Shown: one piece after another, positions 1 to 11,840 of the stretch
How the letters are laid out: the number at the start of each line of letters is the position of its first letter
Numbering within the stretch: position 1 is the stretch's first letter
Assembly (NCBI GenBank): GCA_963575745.1
Contig: CAUYUJ010000270.1
Location: 372,001 to 436,000 of the forward strand
Source of the DNA: Prorocentrum cordatum
Taxonomy: Eukaryota
Length of the DNA: 64,000 nucleotides
Direction: 5' to 3'
Program-made: the position numbers and the translations under genes
The notes under the pieces: generated by a model
The model's input: the letters and a program-made list of their open reading frames with translations, nothing else
Told to the model about the DNA's origin: nothing
The model's database searches: none

Positions 1-1330
1 GGGTTAGCTGCGTGGCTGAGCCGCCCACTGTCCTGTAGAGTGGGGGGCCTCGTCCAAGAGGTGGCACAAAAATCGCCGCAACTGTCTGGCAATGTGCATG
101 GCGGTGTTGGAGCATGCTCTGTAACCATTTGATTCGGCGCACCGCCAGTTCCCCACGGCAGGGAAGAATACGCCACCTATAAAGCAATCCCGAATTCCGA
201 AGAGAGCGAGTGTGAGGACCATCGTGGGTCGTGGCAGCACCTCTCATTAGGGCGCATGAATACTTGACGATACACGAATCGATCTTCTGATGCTCCGTCG
301 GAGACAGATCAAAAGCTTCTAGACCTGTGATGCCACTCTCCACGACTTTGCCCAAGAACAGCTCACGCTTCAAACGGCGTCAACCTCGCTCGTGCCAAAA
401 TAACCCAATGACTGACCAGCCTGCGTGTATTGCTCTAGTACGAAACTCCAGCTCAGTGGCGTTGGATCCGCGCATATGATGGCGTGAACCTAAGTGTCTC
501 GCGCATGTGCGCACCGTGCCATAGCTACTGGGGCATCTCTCTTGGAGACCTTTGTTTGATTTATGTGGTCCCAAACAGGGTATGATGTTTTTCTGTTTGC
601 ATGTTTTGGCGAAAATGCCATCGCTCCATAATGTCGTTCATGCTATTGCCCCCAAGTCGAATGGCCTCCAGAGCTCCTGAAACCGAAGAGTCTTCTAAAA
701 GCCGACGGCGAAATAGATCATCAGCAAAACCTACCATGGAACAATCCAGAGCAGGGGTCCCGAAAGCGCTGTAGATGTAGATGGGGTCCCGTTGGCCTCG
801 TGGAGCTCAGTGTAGCATGCGTCGAAGACGCCCACGAACTGCCCCGGTGCCTCACATGAGCCTTGGGGCCCCCCATTCTTACAGATAAATGCCTCGAACA
901 TGTTGTCAACTGGTAGTTTTTTACGACACTGCTGAGCAAGCGCTGATGTGAATAATCCTTCAGATCCTCGCGTACCATACCCCCGGACTGAATGAGGAGG
1001 TCATCAGCAAGTGGGCACATGGAAGCGTTTGTCATGTCGTGAAATTCACATATGTTCGGGGCCTTGGAGTTCCTCAGGGACCACCCTACACGTAGCTGTA
1101 CGAGAACTGCTCCTTCCCTCCTCCGATATCGCAGAAAACCGTGCCAGTGGCCAGGAAAATGCCGATCAAATTGTTCATATTTATCCCCGTAGCTGCACAA
1201 GACTGCATACCAAGATGTGCAGAAAGCGTCTGATAATTGTACGATGCGTTGACTCGACATCTGGGCCTTGCCGTTCGATTTGTCCAGTAGAACCCCTTCT
1301 GTAATACTTGACATAGTTGGAAGTTGACTG
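1..1330 (-). pseudogene. Reverse transcriptase domain of the LINE
   Basis: C-terminal part of ORF 721-2340; after a frameshift, TTT GCT GAT GAT (FADD) at ~716-727; RHLG downstream. Confidence 0.8.
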
Positions 1331-1869
1331 ATTTGAAAAGATCTGATCGCGATGTTTTCAAACTCCTTCGGGGCACATGTACGCTTCGAGGTGGGCTTCA
1401 AGCGGCTGTCTCTTCCATCTCCTTCGCGCGTCTTGTCTTCGGCCAACATGCGTGGTACAGAAAATGGAATCGATGGGGGTGGGTCCAGACATGCAACCGA
1501 CGGCGGTCCGTCTTCGAGCTCCACGTTGAAGTCAGGAGCCTCATCAGTCAGGTCGTCGAAGGGGTCTCTGTCAGCAGCGCCCCATTGATGTAGTGCAGGT
1601 GTAGGTAGTTGTGGCTCTCCAGGCCCAGAGACATTATTTGGTGGGGGCTCGAGGTTGGCGGGGCGTGGGCCCTGGCCTGGTGTCCAGAATCTTTTGCCCC
1701 GGGCCTTGGGTTCAGAATTCCAGCAAAAGGGCGTGGCGACTGTCGGAGGCGAAGCCTCATCCAGATGAAAGCCCAAGCCTGGGCGCTCCTCGGGCTCGTC
1801 ATGGGAGGGAATCGTGCCCGCGCCGTCGTAGCCGATGCCAAACTTCATGTTCTTTTGACGAGAAAGATG

Positions 1870-3091
1870 GCTTGGCTTCAAAACTGTGAGTGCGAGTTCG
1901 GCAGGAACGCTCCAGGAGGGTCCACGTCGTCGTCCACGTGCTTTCCGAAGTTCCCAGGTCATGTTATTCATCATAATCTCAGTAGTCCTCCCCATGCTGT
2001 GAGATCCCATACTGATGGTCGCCTCTTCAGTAAGACAGTAAGAAATCATGTGATCCACGTTTGGAATACACGTCGCCCCCATGTCTCCGCCCGCGCCTTT
2101 CTTAGATAAGTGTGTGGTCAGCTCAGACAGGGTAGGTCGATATGGGGCGATTGTATTGTGGCGCCCATTCTTCGCACCAGTTGATCGCCCAGATAAGAGG
2201 CGAGCCAGCTTGTGCACTTCAGCCTGTTGGCCAGCAGCCCGAGCTTGACGAAGTTCCTGGCGTGGCCTTTCGCGATGCGGTGCGCGACGCCGCCTCGCCC
2301 ATCTGCGAAGTTGATTAGATATCTGTCGACTATGTTGCAAACAATCTAAATGATTGTCATATAACTATGGTGGTGACAGTAGATCGGGACGAATTCAGCC
2401 GCTTCAAATCTATGCGTGCGGCGTCCGCGTACGAGACGGAGTCGTTCGTGTTGGGGCCTCCTCTCGGCTGTGTCCACGGGGCTTGGCTTCAAAACTGTGA
2501 GTGCGAGTTCGGCAGGAACGCTCCAGGAGGGTCCACGTCGTCGTCCACGTGCTTTCCGAAGTTCCCAGGTCATGTTATTCATCATAATCTCAGTAGTCCT
2601 CCCCATGCTGTGAGATCCCATACTGATGGTCGCCTCTTCAGTAAGACAGTTAGAAATCATGTGATCCACGTTTGGAATACACGTCGCCCCCATGTCTCCG
2701 CCCGCGCCTTTCTTAGATAAGTGTGTGGTCAGCTCAGACAGGGTAGGTCGATATGGGGCGATTGTATTGTTGCGCCCATTCTTCGCACCAGTTGATCGCC
2801 CAGATAAGAGGCGAGCCAGCTTGTGCACTTCAGCCTGTTGGCCAGCAGCCCGAGCTTGACGAAGTTCCTGGCGTGGCCTTTCGCGACGCGGTGCGCGACG
2901 CCGCCTCGCCCATCTGCGAAGTTGATTAGATATCTGTCGACTACGTTGCAAACAATCTAAATGATTGTCATATAACTATGGTGGTGACAGTAGATCGGGA
3001 CGAATTCAGCCGCTTCAAATCTATGCGTGCGGCGTCCGCGTACGAGACGGAGTCGTTCGTGTTGGGGCCTCCTCTCGGCTGTGTCCACGGG
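1870..3091. repeat. 611-bp tandem duplication inside the LINE (1870-2480 / 2481-3091)
   Basis: Near-identical copies at offset 611 with about 4 substitutions seen. Confidence 0.95.
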
Positions 3092-3299
3092 TCGATCAGG
3101 CATAGCAAAATGTGTCAAGCCAATCCGTTGCACAACCTTAGCCCATCTGTCATAGTAGTGGTCGGTGTGTTGGTCGTGCTCAGCGCAGCCGGCGAAAAAT
3201 AGCTTGGGCCAGCATTTCTTTGTCAAGTTCCAAGTGAAACGCTTCTCGATGTGCACCAGTTTGAAGAGCTTCAGCCAGTTTGTTATGGCCCCATTGGGG

Positions 3300-4165
3300 T
3301 CGAGGGTTCTTCGGGAGCGTCACGGGGGTCTCATACTGCATTGTGAGAACGACGGGCACGTGATCTCTCGGGGCACTCCGTGGGATCAAATGAAGGATAC
3401 GGCCAGCCCTCCAGGCGACGCGGCAATGTTTCACTCCAGGGCCCAACCCCATGGGGGTCGCGAGGATGTCCAGAGTCGATTTATCGCCCTGAGGGCCGTA
3501 GTTAGTGGGTCCCGACTGTTCAGAGTAGGCACCAGGGGCCATGAGGTTAAGGTCGGGCAACCTATTCGAAAACAATCTCGCCAGAGGGGCCGTTCTTCTT
3601 GAGGTGGTGGGGGCCTATAGATGGTTCTGCTCGGGGTCAATCAGGGTGCCGTCTGCCCATGGCCCAAAACCAGAATTAATGTCCACGCCTATGATCGGGG
3701 TGGTACGAGCTCGACACCTCTCGACACGATCTCGAACATGCTTCATAACTGATGTAGCGGCCGCCGCTTGGGCCTTTCTCTTTTTTTCCGTCGGCATAGA
3801 TAGGCGGGGGATGCGCGCAGATGACAGTTATATCCAAGAGCCCAGTGTTGATACGAAGTTCCCCATATCTTCCAGGTAGACTCGGAGGGCCATAAACGAT
3901 CGAATACATGATTTCAGCTTTGAATCGGCGACCAAGTGTTATACATACGCCTGCACTTGAGCTTCTGTATGGTGCACGTCGCCATCCGAAATGTACTGCA
4001 GTAGACGTCCCTCCCAAATCTTCGGTGTGGTGATATGTCTTCCCCTCCCATTCTCGAATACACGTGCCAAGCATCATCAGGACGTCGCAATCTAACTCCG
4101 CGGCAATCTCCATCGTTCGGCCTGCCGTGCACAGATACAGAGGGTTATAAAGAGCGGTGCGTCAG
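3300..4165 (-). pseudogene. APE-type (exo-endo-phos) endonuclease domain of the LINE
   Basis: Split over ORFs 3676-4113, 3615-3797 and 3180-3575, with GxDxN, T..S.LD and DH.PV motifs in the expected order. Confidence 0.75.
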
Positions 4166-6569
4166 AGACTACACATTGAGATGATCCCATCGGCCCCTCG
4201 TACAGCTCGCCGCATGCATTAGTGGCCGAACATGTCTGGAACGCGAGAGGGACGGACGCTGGGTGAGGGCTGAGATTGGGGTCGCCGCTGCTGCCCTATT
4301 CCTTGGGAGGGGAGATGGCGGCTAGAGGCAAGAGGGGGAGGAGGAGGAGGAAAGGAAGAGAAGAAGGAGGAGAAGGAAGAGGAGGAGGGAAAGGGACGAG
4401 GACGAACAGCAACAGCGGGAACTGTAATGGAAGAAGGCGGAGGACGGTAAAAGAGGGGACAACGATTCTCAAGGAGTCGGATCCAGAAAAATTGCCAGCG
4501 CTGGGGCAAGAGCGACACTATCCACGACGGGAACAACGCGCCGATCCTAGGATGAGGCCAGCGCTGCCACGGGAACACCACTTTGAGACATCGAACATGT
4601 TCGGGTTGGAAGAAAACGATACGCAGAGAGGGCGGGCCATTCCCCAGCCGCCTTCGGAGGAGAGAGGAGGGTAGGTAGCATTCATATTGGATAGCTGATG
4701 AAGAGGAGGACGAGCAGCGAGCATATGGGAAGACGCGTCAAGGTCGGACTCGGGAAAGAGACAGGCCAATGGGAGCAGGATGGTGGCACAATCTATCACA
4801 GAACAGGGACGACGCCAACGCCGAGACAATTAGAGCCGTCGAGCGAGGGGGATGCCACATCGCCGACGCCACCCTCGAGGACCGACACGGCCACGATGAG
4901 ACGGTAAAGCCAAACACGTTGTCACAGAAACTAAGTCATGGATATGAGGCCGAGCCAGCGCACATCATCATCTGTTACCTCGAGCATTCGGGGAACAGGG
5001 GGTGGAGGTAGGCAAGGAGGGAGGCTCCACCGAGGACGAGCTGGGAGGACTGTCGGTGTCCTGGCCAGGGTGCCGACGATGCGGCGATTCGGGAACCATC
5101 GAGCTGGGCGAGGGAGGGAGCCAGGAGGGAGGCTCACAAGAGGACGGGCAAGGAGGAGCGGGGTCCAGAGGGGGTCTCTTACCCGCGACTCTCCTGCACA
5201 ACTCGGCCAAACTCCCCCGTCGAGGCGCTCTCGAGTCCTCTTGTGGCCAGGTCGTGGTTCGCTCACCAAAGGGGCAACCTGGGCGGTGACACGGCACGGC
5301 TGCACGCTGACCCTTTCACAACGACAGGCGGTGGGGATGTGTCAGTTCGCTCGTGAGCGCTCCCACATTTTTGCGCGGCCGCTCGCGCGCGAGGCCACCC
5401 TGAGCGGGCAGCCGCTCCGCGCGCCCCGCGCTGGCCACTAGCTCTAGCGCGCACTTGGCTGCCAGCCGCCCTGCTTCCAGAACCTCCCCGCCCGCCGTTC
5501 TGCCAGCGGGGCCACAAGCGGCAAGCGGCGGCAGCGGCAGCAGGGGCGGAGTGCGAGGGTGGGAAGGGGGTGATGGAGAGGAAGCGGGCGAGGGGGGATG
5601 GAGGGAGAGGGCGAGAGGCGATTCTGGGGGGTCAGCAAAGAGAGAGATAGAGAGAGAGAGGAGGGAAAGAGAAGTGCTTTAAGCGGAGAGAACAAGCGAA
5701 GTAGAAGGGAAAGCGGGTAGGGAAGTGGAAGGCGAAGTCAAAAAGGGTCGGGGAGGTGGGTGGATAGAGAAGACCCCAACATTCGGCGTATTGTGCAACA
5801 TACCCAACGTCGTGAACCAGAGCTCCTACCTTGATGTAAGGCTTCCCTGGCTGCATCGATTCGCGAGGGCCCGCTGGGAGACAGAGGGCGACGGCAAGGG
5901 GACCACACCAACGGAGCGCCTTCGTGGATGGTTGGACTCGGAGTCCTCGAAGCCACCTTCAGCAAAGCAGATCCAACAGTATCCGACACTTCGAGACGAA
6001 TTGACCGCCCTCTAAGCCTCGAACGAATTGATGCCGGTAGCGGCCAGGCTCGCTTGGCACTGGATAGCGAGACCCACTCTTCAGAGAGGACGGCAGGACC
6101 CCCGCGTAAGGCACAGATTCTGCAATCGCGCCTGGGTGACTGGGCGAACGCAGGTGAACCTCTGATGTCGCTCGAAGTTCTGACAACCGAATGCCTTCTA
6201 TTCTTCGGGCCAGAGGCCAACGTGGGAGTGGGCCCAGCGCCCTGGGCGACCCAAGAGAGGCGCTCCTGGAATCCCATAGAGACAAATGTGACGCAGGCCC
6301 AAGGGAGCACAGGGTCCAGACGGGGCCCGCGTATATGAATATATCAGAGAGAGGCTCTGCTGTTTTGGCAAACGACTGGGAAAACGAAGCCGCGAGAAGC
6401 TCCGAGAAAATACAGAGACCTAGGCAAATATTCAAGGCCGAGGGAAACCAAGCTCATGAAATCGCCCTGCTTGACCGTGCCTCGCGTTAGTATTCTCTCT
6501 TCCTGTGCATCGCTGAGGGCAAGCTGGACAAAAGAGTTGCTGGCATAGAACGCCGGAAACCACAGAAGC

Positions 6570-7810
6570 AATCCGCACCACTAAGAAATCGCCACAGAAG
6601 ACCACGACAGGAAACCCCAGAAGCACACCGCATCTGTAAACCACAAGAGGAGACCACAGGAGGAAACCACGGCAGGGGACAACAGCAAGAGAGACTACAG
6701 GAGAAGACCAAAGCAAGAAACCACAAAATGAGACCCCGGAAGAAGACCGCACGTAAATACCACAGTGGGAGACGACCGCAACAGGAGACCACAGCAGGAG
6801 ACGACCGCGGCAGGAGACCGTGGCAGGGGACAATTGGAGGAGACCGCAGCAGGAGACCACAGGAGTAGACCGCACCAGGATATGTCCTACAGCAGTTGAC
6901 CACAGGAGGATAGCATCACGACAGGAAACCATACAATGAGACCGCAGGACGAGACGGCAGCAGGAGACTGCAGAAGAGCACAGCGAGATAGCACAGCATG
7001 AGACCCCGACCCCGACAGGAAACCACAGGAGACAGTAAGAGATCAAACGAAGAGACCACAGGAGGAGCCCACAGCAAGAGAACACAGGAGTCGGGAGGAA
7101 GCCACAGCAATGTATCGTAGCAGGAAGCCGCTATTGAAAACTGCAAGAGGAAGCCCGAGAAGAAAACCGCTGGATATCACATGAGGAGACCGAAGCAAGA
7201 GACCGCAGGAAGATACCGCAGCAGGAAACCAATGCAGGATACTGCGGCAGTAAACCACAAGAGGAGGCCGCAGGAGAGCCAGCAAAAAAGAGAGACCACA
7301 AGAGGAAAACACAATTGGACATCACAACAAGACACCGCAAAATAAACCGCCGGATGAGACCTGAGAAAACCACGTGAGATCACAAGCGGAAACAGTAGCA
7401 ACAGACCACAGGATAATACCGCAGAAAGACAGCAGGTGGATGTCGCAGCAATGAACCACAGGTAGAGACAAACGCAGGAGACCACAGCAGGAGACCGCTG
7501 GGCATCATGAACATACCACAGCAGCAGGAGACGAGAGGATGTGACCTCAGGAGGAAACCAAAGGTGAGGACAACAGCAGGAGACCACTAGAGGAGACCAC
7601 AGGAGGAGACCACGGGTGAGGACCACAGTGGGCACCCACGGGAGGAGACCGCAGGAGGGGGTCATTGGAGGAGACCACTGGCGAAGACCACGGGTACGAA
7701 CGACAGCAAGGGACGCTGGAGGAGACCACGGGAGGAGACCGCGGATGAGGACTGCAGGAAAGGACCATGGGAGGAGACCAAGCACGGGAAACACAGGAGA
7801 GGGTCACAGG
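6570..7810. repeat. Degenerate minisatellite, core GGAGACCAC(A/G)G(C/G)A, ~15-bp period
   Basis: Dozens of GAGACCAC/GAAACCAC/GAGACCGC cores; strongly T-poor on the plus strand. Confidence 0.85.
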
Positions 7811-8874
7811 ATGCCGAGTATTACAATAGTTCTGGGTCCCCGTCCCCCTCCGCCGACTACAAGTCACACCGCTGACTGTCAAGTTCCGTTGGTCTCCGCC
7901 CTGGCTCCGCGGTTGGGAGAATTAACGGACCAGCTTGGTCCCAAGAGTGCCCCAAGAGACCATCGATAGGCCTCTTCCTCGTCCTCCTCCTCCTCCTCCT
8001 CCTCCTGTCCCCTCCTCCTTATCCTCCTCCTCATCCACCGGCCCATTCCTTCCGGTGGGGCGCTCCGCGGGTCTCGCAGCTGAAGGCTCGCCCCTGGCCT
8101 CCTTGCCGCCTCCTCCGGGCCATCTGGAAGGTATCGTGTAACATCGGCTCCTGGGGGCGCCCCCTTGGCTGCGTGCCCGAGTGAGGGTTTGCCCCTGCAA
8201 GGGCGGTGTGGCCCCGTCCGGGACTTGGGGCCACCTACGAGGTTGGCGGCCAATCGAACTCTGCCTTCAGAGTTCGCGCGAGGCCCTGTTCATTCTCGCT
8301 CGACACGGGCACACCGACAAATAGCAACAGTGATGCACATTGGGCTAACGGAATGAGCGAAGCGATCGAATTCTCGGGGGCTACTCCGTGGGCGAGGGCC
8401 GGTTCTGCGCACGCACGCGCCGCTGCTCCCACCTTGACTGATTCTGTCGTTGTTTCCGCCCTGTCGCCCTGGGCGAATTACTTTGGCGGCGCCAAGAAAG
8501 GGGCGGCGCGAGGGACGATGAGAGGGGCGGCCTTTCTGAGAAGGCCAGGGGGGGTTCTGGGAAGGCAGGGGGTGTCTTAGAAGAGCGCCCGACTTCTAAG
8601 AAGCCCTCCTAGAAGCCGCCGGGCCTTTCAAAGAAGAAGGTACCTGCCTTCTAAGAGGCCCCCCGACTTTCTTAGAAAGATCGGAGATGGGGGGGAGTTC
8701 GAAATGAAACGGGGACCCCACACTGGGACATTGGTTTCGGTTTCGGTTTCGTGTACGTGTCGTACGTGCGGGCGAAGCGAAGCTGCGTGGGCGGGCGAGA
8801 GGGATGAACCCGCCGTTGCCAAGGCGAAACTGAATCCAATGATTAAATACCCCCGTTTGGCCGGCGGTGGCCGG

Positions 8875-9462
8875 AGGGTGTCCCGCCGGTGTCCAATGGT
8901 GTCCCGCGGTGTCCCGAGGTGTCTGCTGGCTCGGTGTCCCGTGGTGTCCAGTGGTGTCCCGTGAAGTCAAGTGCGAGATCAATAATGAGATCGATAGTGG
9001 CATCGATAGACCAGTCGGATTACAATCGATAGTGAGATCGATCATGAGGCCGACTGTGAAACCGAAAGATAATGGGAGATCGGTAGTGAGATCGATATGT
9101 AGATTAGGAATTAGTTCGGTCGTGGGATCAGTAGAGCGGGGTATCGACAGATTGAAGCAGAGCGATGGAAAGATGTATCGTGGGATCGTGAGTTCGATTG
9201 GTCGTGAGATCGATAGTGAGATCGATTGTGAGGCCGACTGTGAGATCGATAGATAGTGAGGTCGATAGATGGAGAGAGAGATCGGTAGATATATCGTGAG
9301 ATCGATAGGTATATTGAGAGTGAGATTGAGGGCGAGGGAGATGAGGGAGATCGATCGTGAGAACGATCGCGGAATCGATAGTGATATCGATAGATAACGA
9401 GATCGATAATGAGATCGATACTGGTGTCCCGTCGTGTCCCGTGGTGTCTCGCGTCCCGTGGT
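8875..9462. repeat. GAGATCGATAGT-type (~12 bp) array bracketed by GGTGTCCC arrays
   Basis: GTGTCC units at 8875-8962 and 9421-9462; GATCGAT-rich array at ~8975-9420. Confidence 0.8.
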
Positions 9463-9979
9463 CTTGTATGTCCTCAGCTTGTCCTTCTGAAAGAAGGAGC
9501 ACATAGGCAAATACATACCGCCTGGCTCCGCTGTGTGCCCCGATGTGTTTCATTTACAACCCAGTATACAGATAGATGGGTAAGCATATTGCTCTGCAAG
9601 CTCGCACTACGTCCCAACGCAAAGAAGGGAGCGGGCAAATACATGTCACCTAGTTCCGTTGGCTGCAGCGATGAATCCTGTTGGATACCCTTGTAGATAA
9701 ATATATGGACACACATATTGCCATGTATGTTCGCAATGAACTCTAAAAGAAAGAGGGCGCGGGCAAATAAATGCATCCCGTTTCCGCCGGCTGACCCGGT
9801 GATTCCCGATGGATATCAAGGACGCCATCGGGACGCCGTCGGTGGTGCTCCGTGGTGCCTAACTGGTGTCCACCGAATCTTTCCGACCCCAATCGCACAC
9901 TCCAAGCTCAACTCCCCCACACATAACCTCCTTTCACTCGATAGGTGGTAGTACAAGTGCCGTTTTCTTCTTACATCTC

Positions 9980-10210
9980 TCAGGTAACGGTCATTACCCG
10001 AGATGGGGGTGGGGGTGGTGGGGGATCCGGGTAAGGGTAACGCTTGGGCGGGGTGGGGCGCGTTGGGAGGGCGTGCGCTGCGATCGCCACAGTATGCGCG
10101 CGAGCACCAGCATGTGGGGGAAAGGTCCATCCCCCCCTGCGTACGATCGCTACCGTTACCCTCGGGGGGGGGGGCTGGGGTAACGACCGTTACGCGCCAG
10201 AGGATACGAA
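9980..10210. repeat. Dispersed GTAACG/CGTTAC repeat, copy 1
   Basis: CAGCATGT..GGGGG..CCCCCCC..ACGATCG...CGTTA..GGGGGGG..GGGTAACGAnCGTTACGC, colinear with 44900-44998. Confidence 0.75.
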
Positions 10211-10554
10211 TCAAACATTCAAACCCACCCCCCTCGCGCCACCCCCTTTATGGGCGCCGCCAACTACCTCAGAATCCAAACTGCGGGCGAGTGGCGGCTG
10301 CACGCGCGCCGCCGCGCGCCGAAGCTTTACCCTGTAAGCAAAGCGGAATTGATGTCAACTTCTGGGTGGATTACTGGGAATGCAAATTATGGGAAACAAC
10401 ATCTGGGACCAAGAGTCTGCCACCGTGCCTGCACTGAGCGGGTATGTTTGAATGCTCGTCTGGTCTGGGAGGTTCTGCAAAAGTTTTACAGCCCCGCCCC
10501 CTTCTACGCACGCGCCCCTCGAAAGCTGCCCCTTCTGAAATTGCTTTCTAACGG

Positions 10555-11700
10555 TCTCTTCGGCCTCCAGACGGCCAAGATGGCCTTGAAGACGGCTTCC
10601 AAGGCAACCAAGACGACAACGAAACAGCTCCCTTGAGCTCTCAAAAGAGCCTCCAGACGGCTCGAAATAGCCAAGATGGCCTCAAAACGGCCCAAGAGGG
10701 CCCGAACACGGCTCGAGAGAGCTCCAAGAGGCCCTCCTGGAGAGCCCGAGGGGGGCCAAAACACGTGGTGATGTTCTCGGCTGTTCGGGTTCCCGACCAC
10801 CCAGGACGGCCCAAGAGGCTTCCAAGAGGCCTCCAAGATAGCTCCTATGACAACCCAAGAGGCCCCCAAGATGATCCCTTGTCGGCCTAAGAGGACACAC
10901 ATATCGCCCAAGGGGCTCCCAAGAGGGCCCCAAGACGGCCTTGAAACGCTCCAAGAGTTGTGCCGCCTTTGGCGGTCGGAAACCCAAACATGCAAGAACC
11001 TCAGAATCCTTCAAAACCCTTGGGCAGATCAATGGTTCTGGCCACCTCGGGCTCTACTGAAGGCCTCTTTGGAGACCTCTGAGGCCGTCTTGTGGGCCTC
11101 TTGATCTGTCACGAAGCCCTCTTGGGGGGCGCATGGCCTCCAGGACGGTTTTCAAGACAGCCGAGACAACGCCAAGATGGCCCAAGACTGCTCAACAGGC
11201 GCACAAGCCAGCCTCAAGACAGGCCAAGAGGCCCCAAAGACGGCCCATGAGGTCTCCAAGAGGCCCTCCTGCAGAGCCCGAGGAAACCAAAACCATTGAT
11301 TGTCCGTAGGCTTTTGGCAAACCTGATGTTCTCACCTGCACGGGCTTCCGACCGCCCAAGACGGCCCAAGAGGCCTCCAACATAGCCCCAAGAGGGCTAA
11401 ACGTCGGCCTAAAAAACCCAAAGATCATCCGCGGGGCTTCCACGAGGGCCCCAAGGCGACAGTGAACAGCTCCAAGAGGGCACCCACGCGCCCTAGGGAG
11501 CCCCCCAAGGCGGCCCCCATAGGCGTCAGACGGGCCAAGAATCCTTTAAGACGGTCCAAGACACCCCAAGAGGCCTCAAGAGGCCCAGGCGGCCCCATGA
11601 GGCCCCCAAGAGGCCCCCAGGTAGCTGTCAGGAAGCTTCCACCAGGAGGCACCCAGGAAGCCACAAGGCGGCCCCAAGAAGTCCCCAAGAAGCCTTCTCT
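10555..11700. repeat. Degenerate CCAAGA(G/C)GGC-rich interspersed repeat
   Basis: Recurrent GGCCCAAGAGG/CCAAGACGG units; similar tracts at ~30790-30920 and ~48900-49320. Confidence 0.75.
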
Positions 11701-11840
11701 CCTCTTCCTCACTTTCTCCCTATCCTCCTCCCTCCTCCTCCTCCTCCTCCTCCTCCTCCTCCTCCTGCATGTTGTTTTTCTCTTCTTCTTCTTCGTTTTC
11801 TTCCTCCTCCTCCTCCTCCTCCTTCTCCTCCTCCTCCCTA
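11695..11840. repeat. (CCT)n/(CTT)n microsatellite
   Basis: Direct inspection; similar tracts at 7970-8035, 12366-12450, 46197-46305 and 50022-50185. Confidence 0.9.

Larger units (their letters stand above)
1..4165 (-). mobile_element. Non-LTR retrotransposon (LINE) ORF2 relic: APE endonuclease + reverse transcriptase, frameshifted, running off the left edge
   Basis: Ordered motifs on the minus strand. APE: RTALYNP (~4160), IIGVDIN (GDFN-like), TNYGPQGDKSTLD, RDHVPV. RT: LLDKSNGK..QRIVQL, WHGFLRYRRRE, FHDMTNA, VRMGG, VGFADDL (~713-733), ARHLG. Several frameshifts and stops. Confidence 0.85.

Noticed and set aside
4200..6500. ORF1 of the first LINE or a separate plus-strand gene
   Set aside because: Many stops, low complexity and no recognisable motif; cannot be assigned
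6432..7882. Cys/Val/Leu-rich membrane-protein-like ORFs
   Set aside because: Open in multiple frames of a degenerate minisatellite
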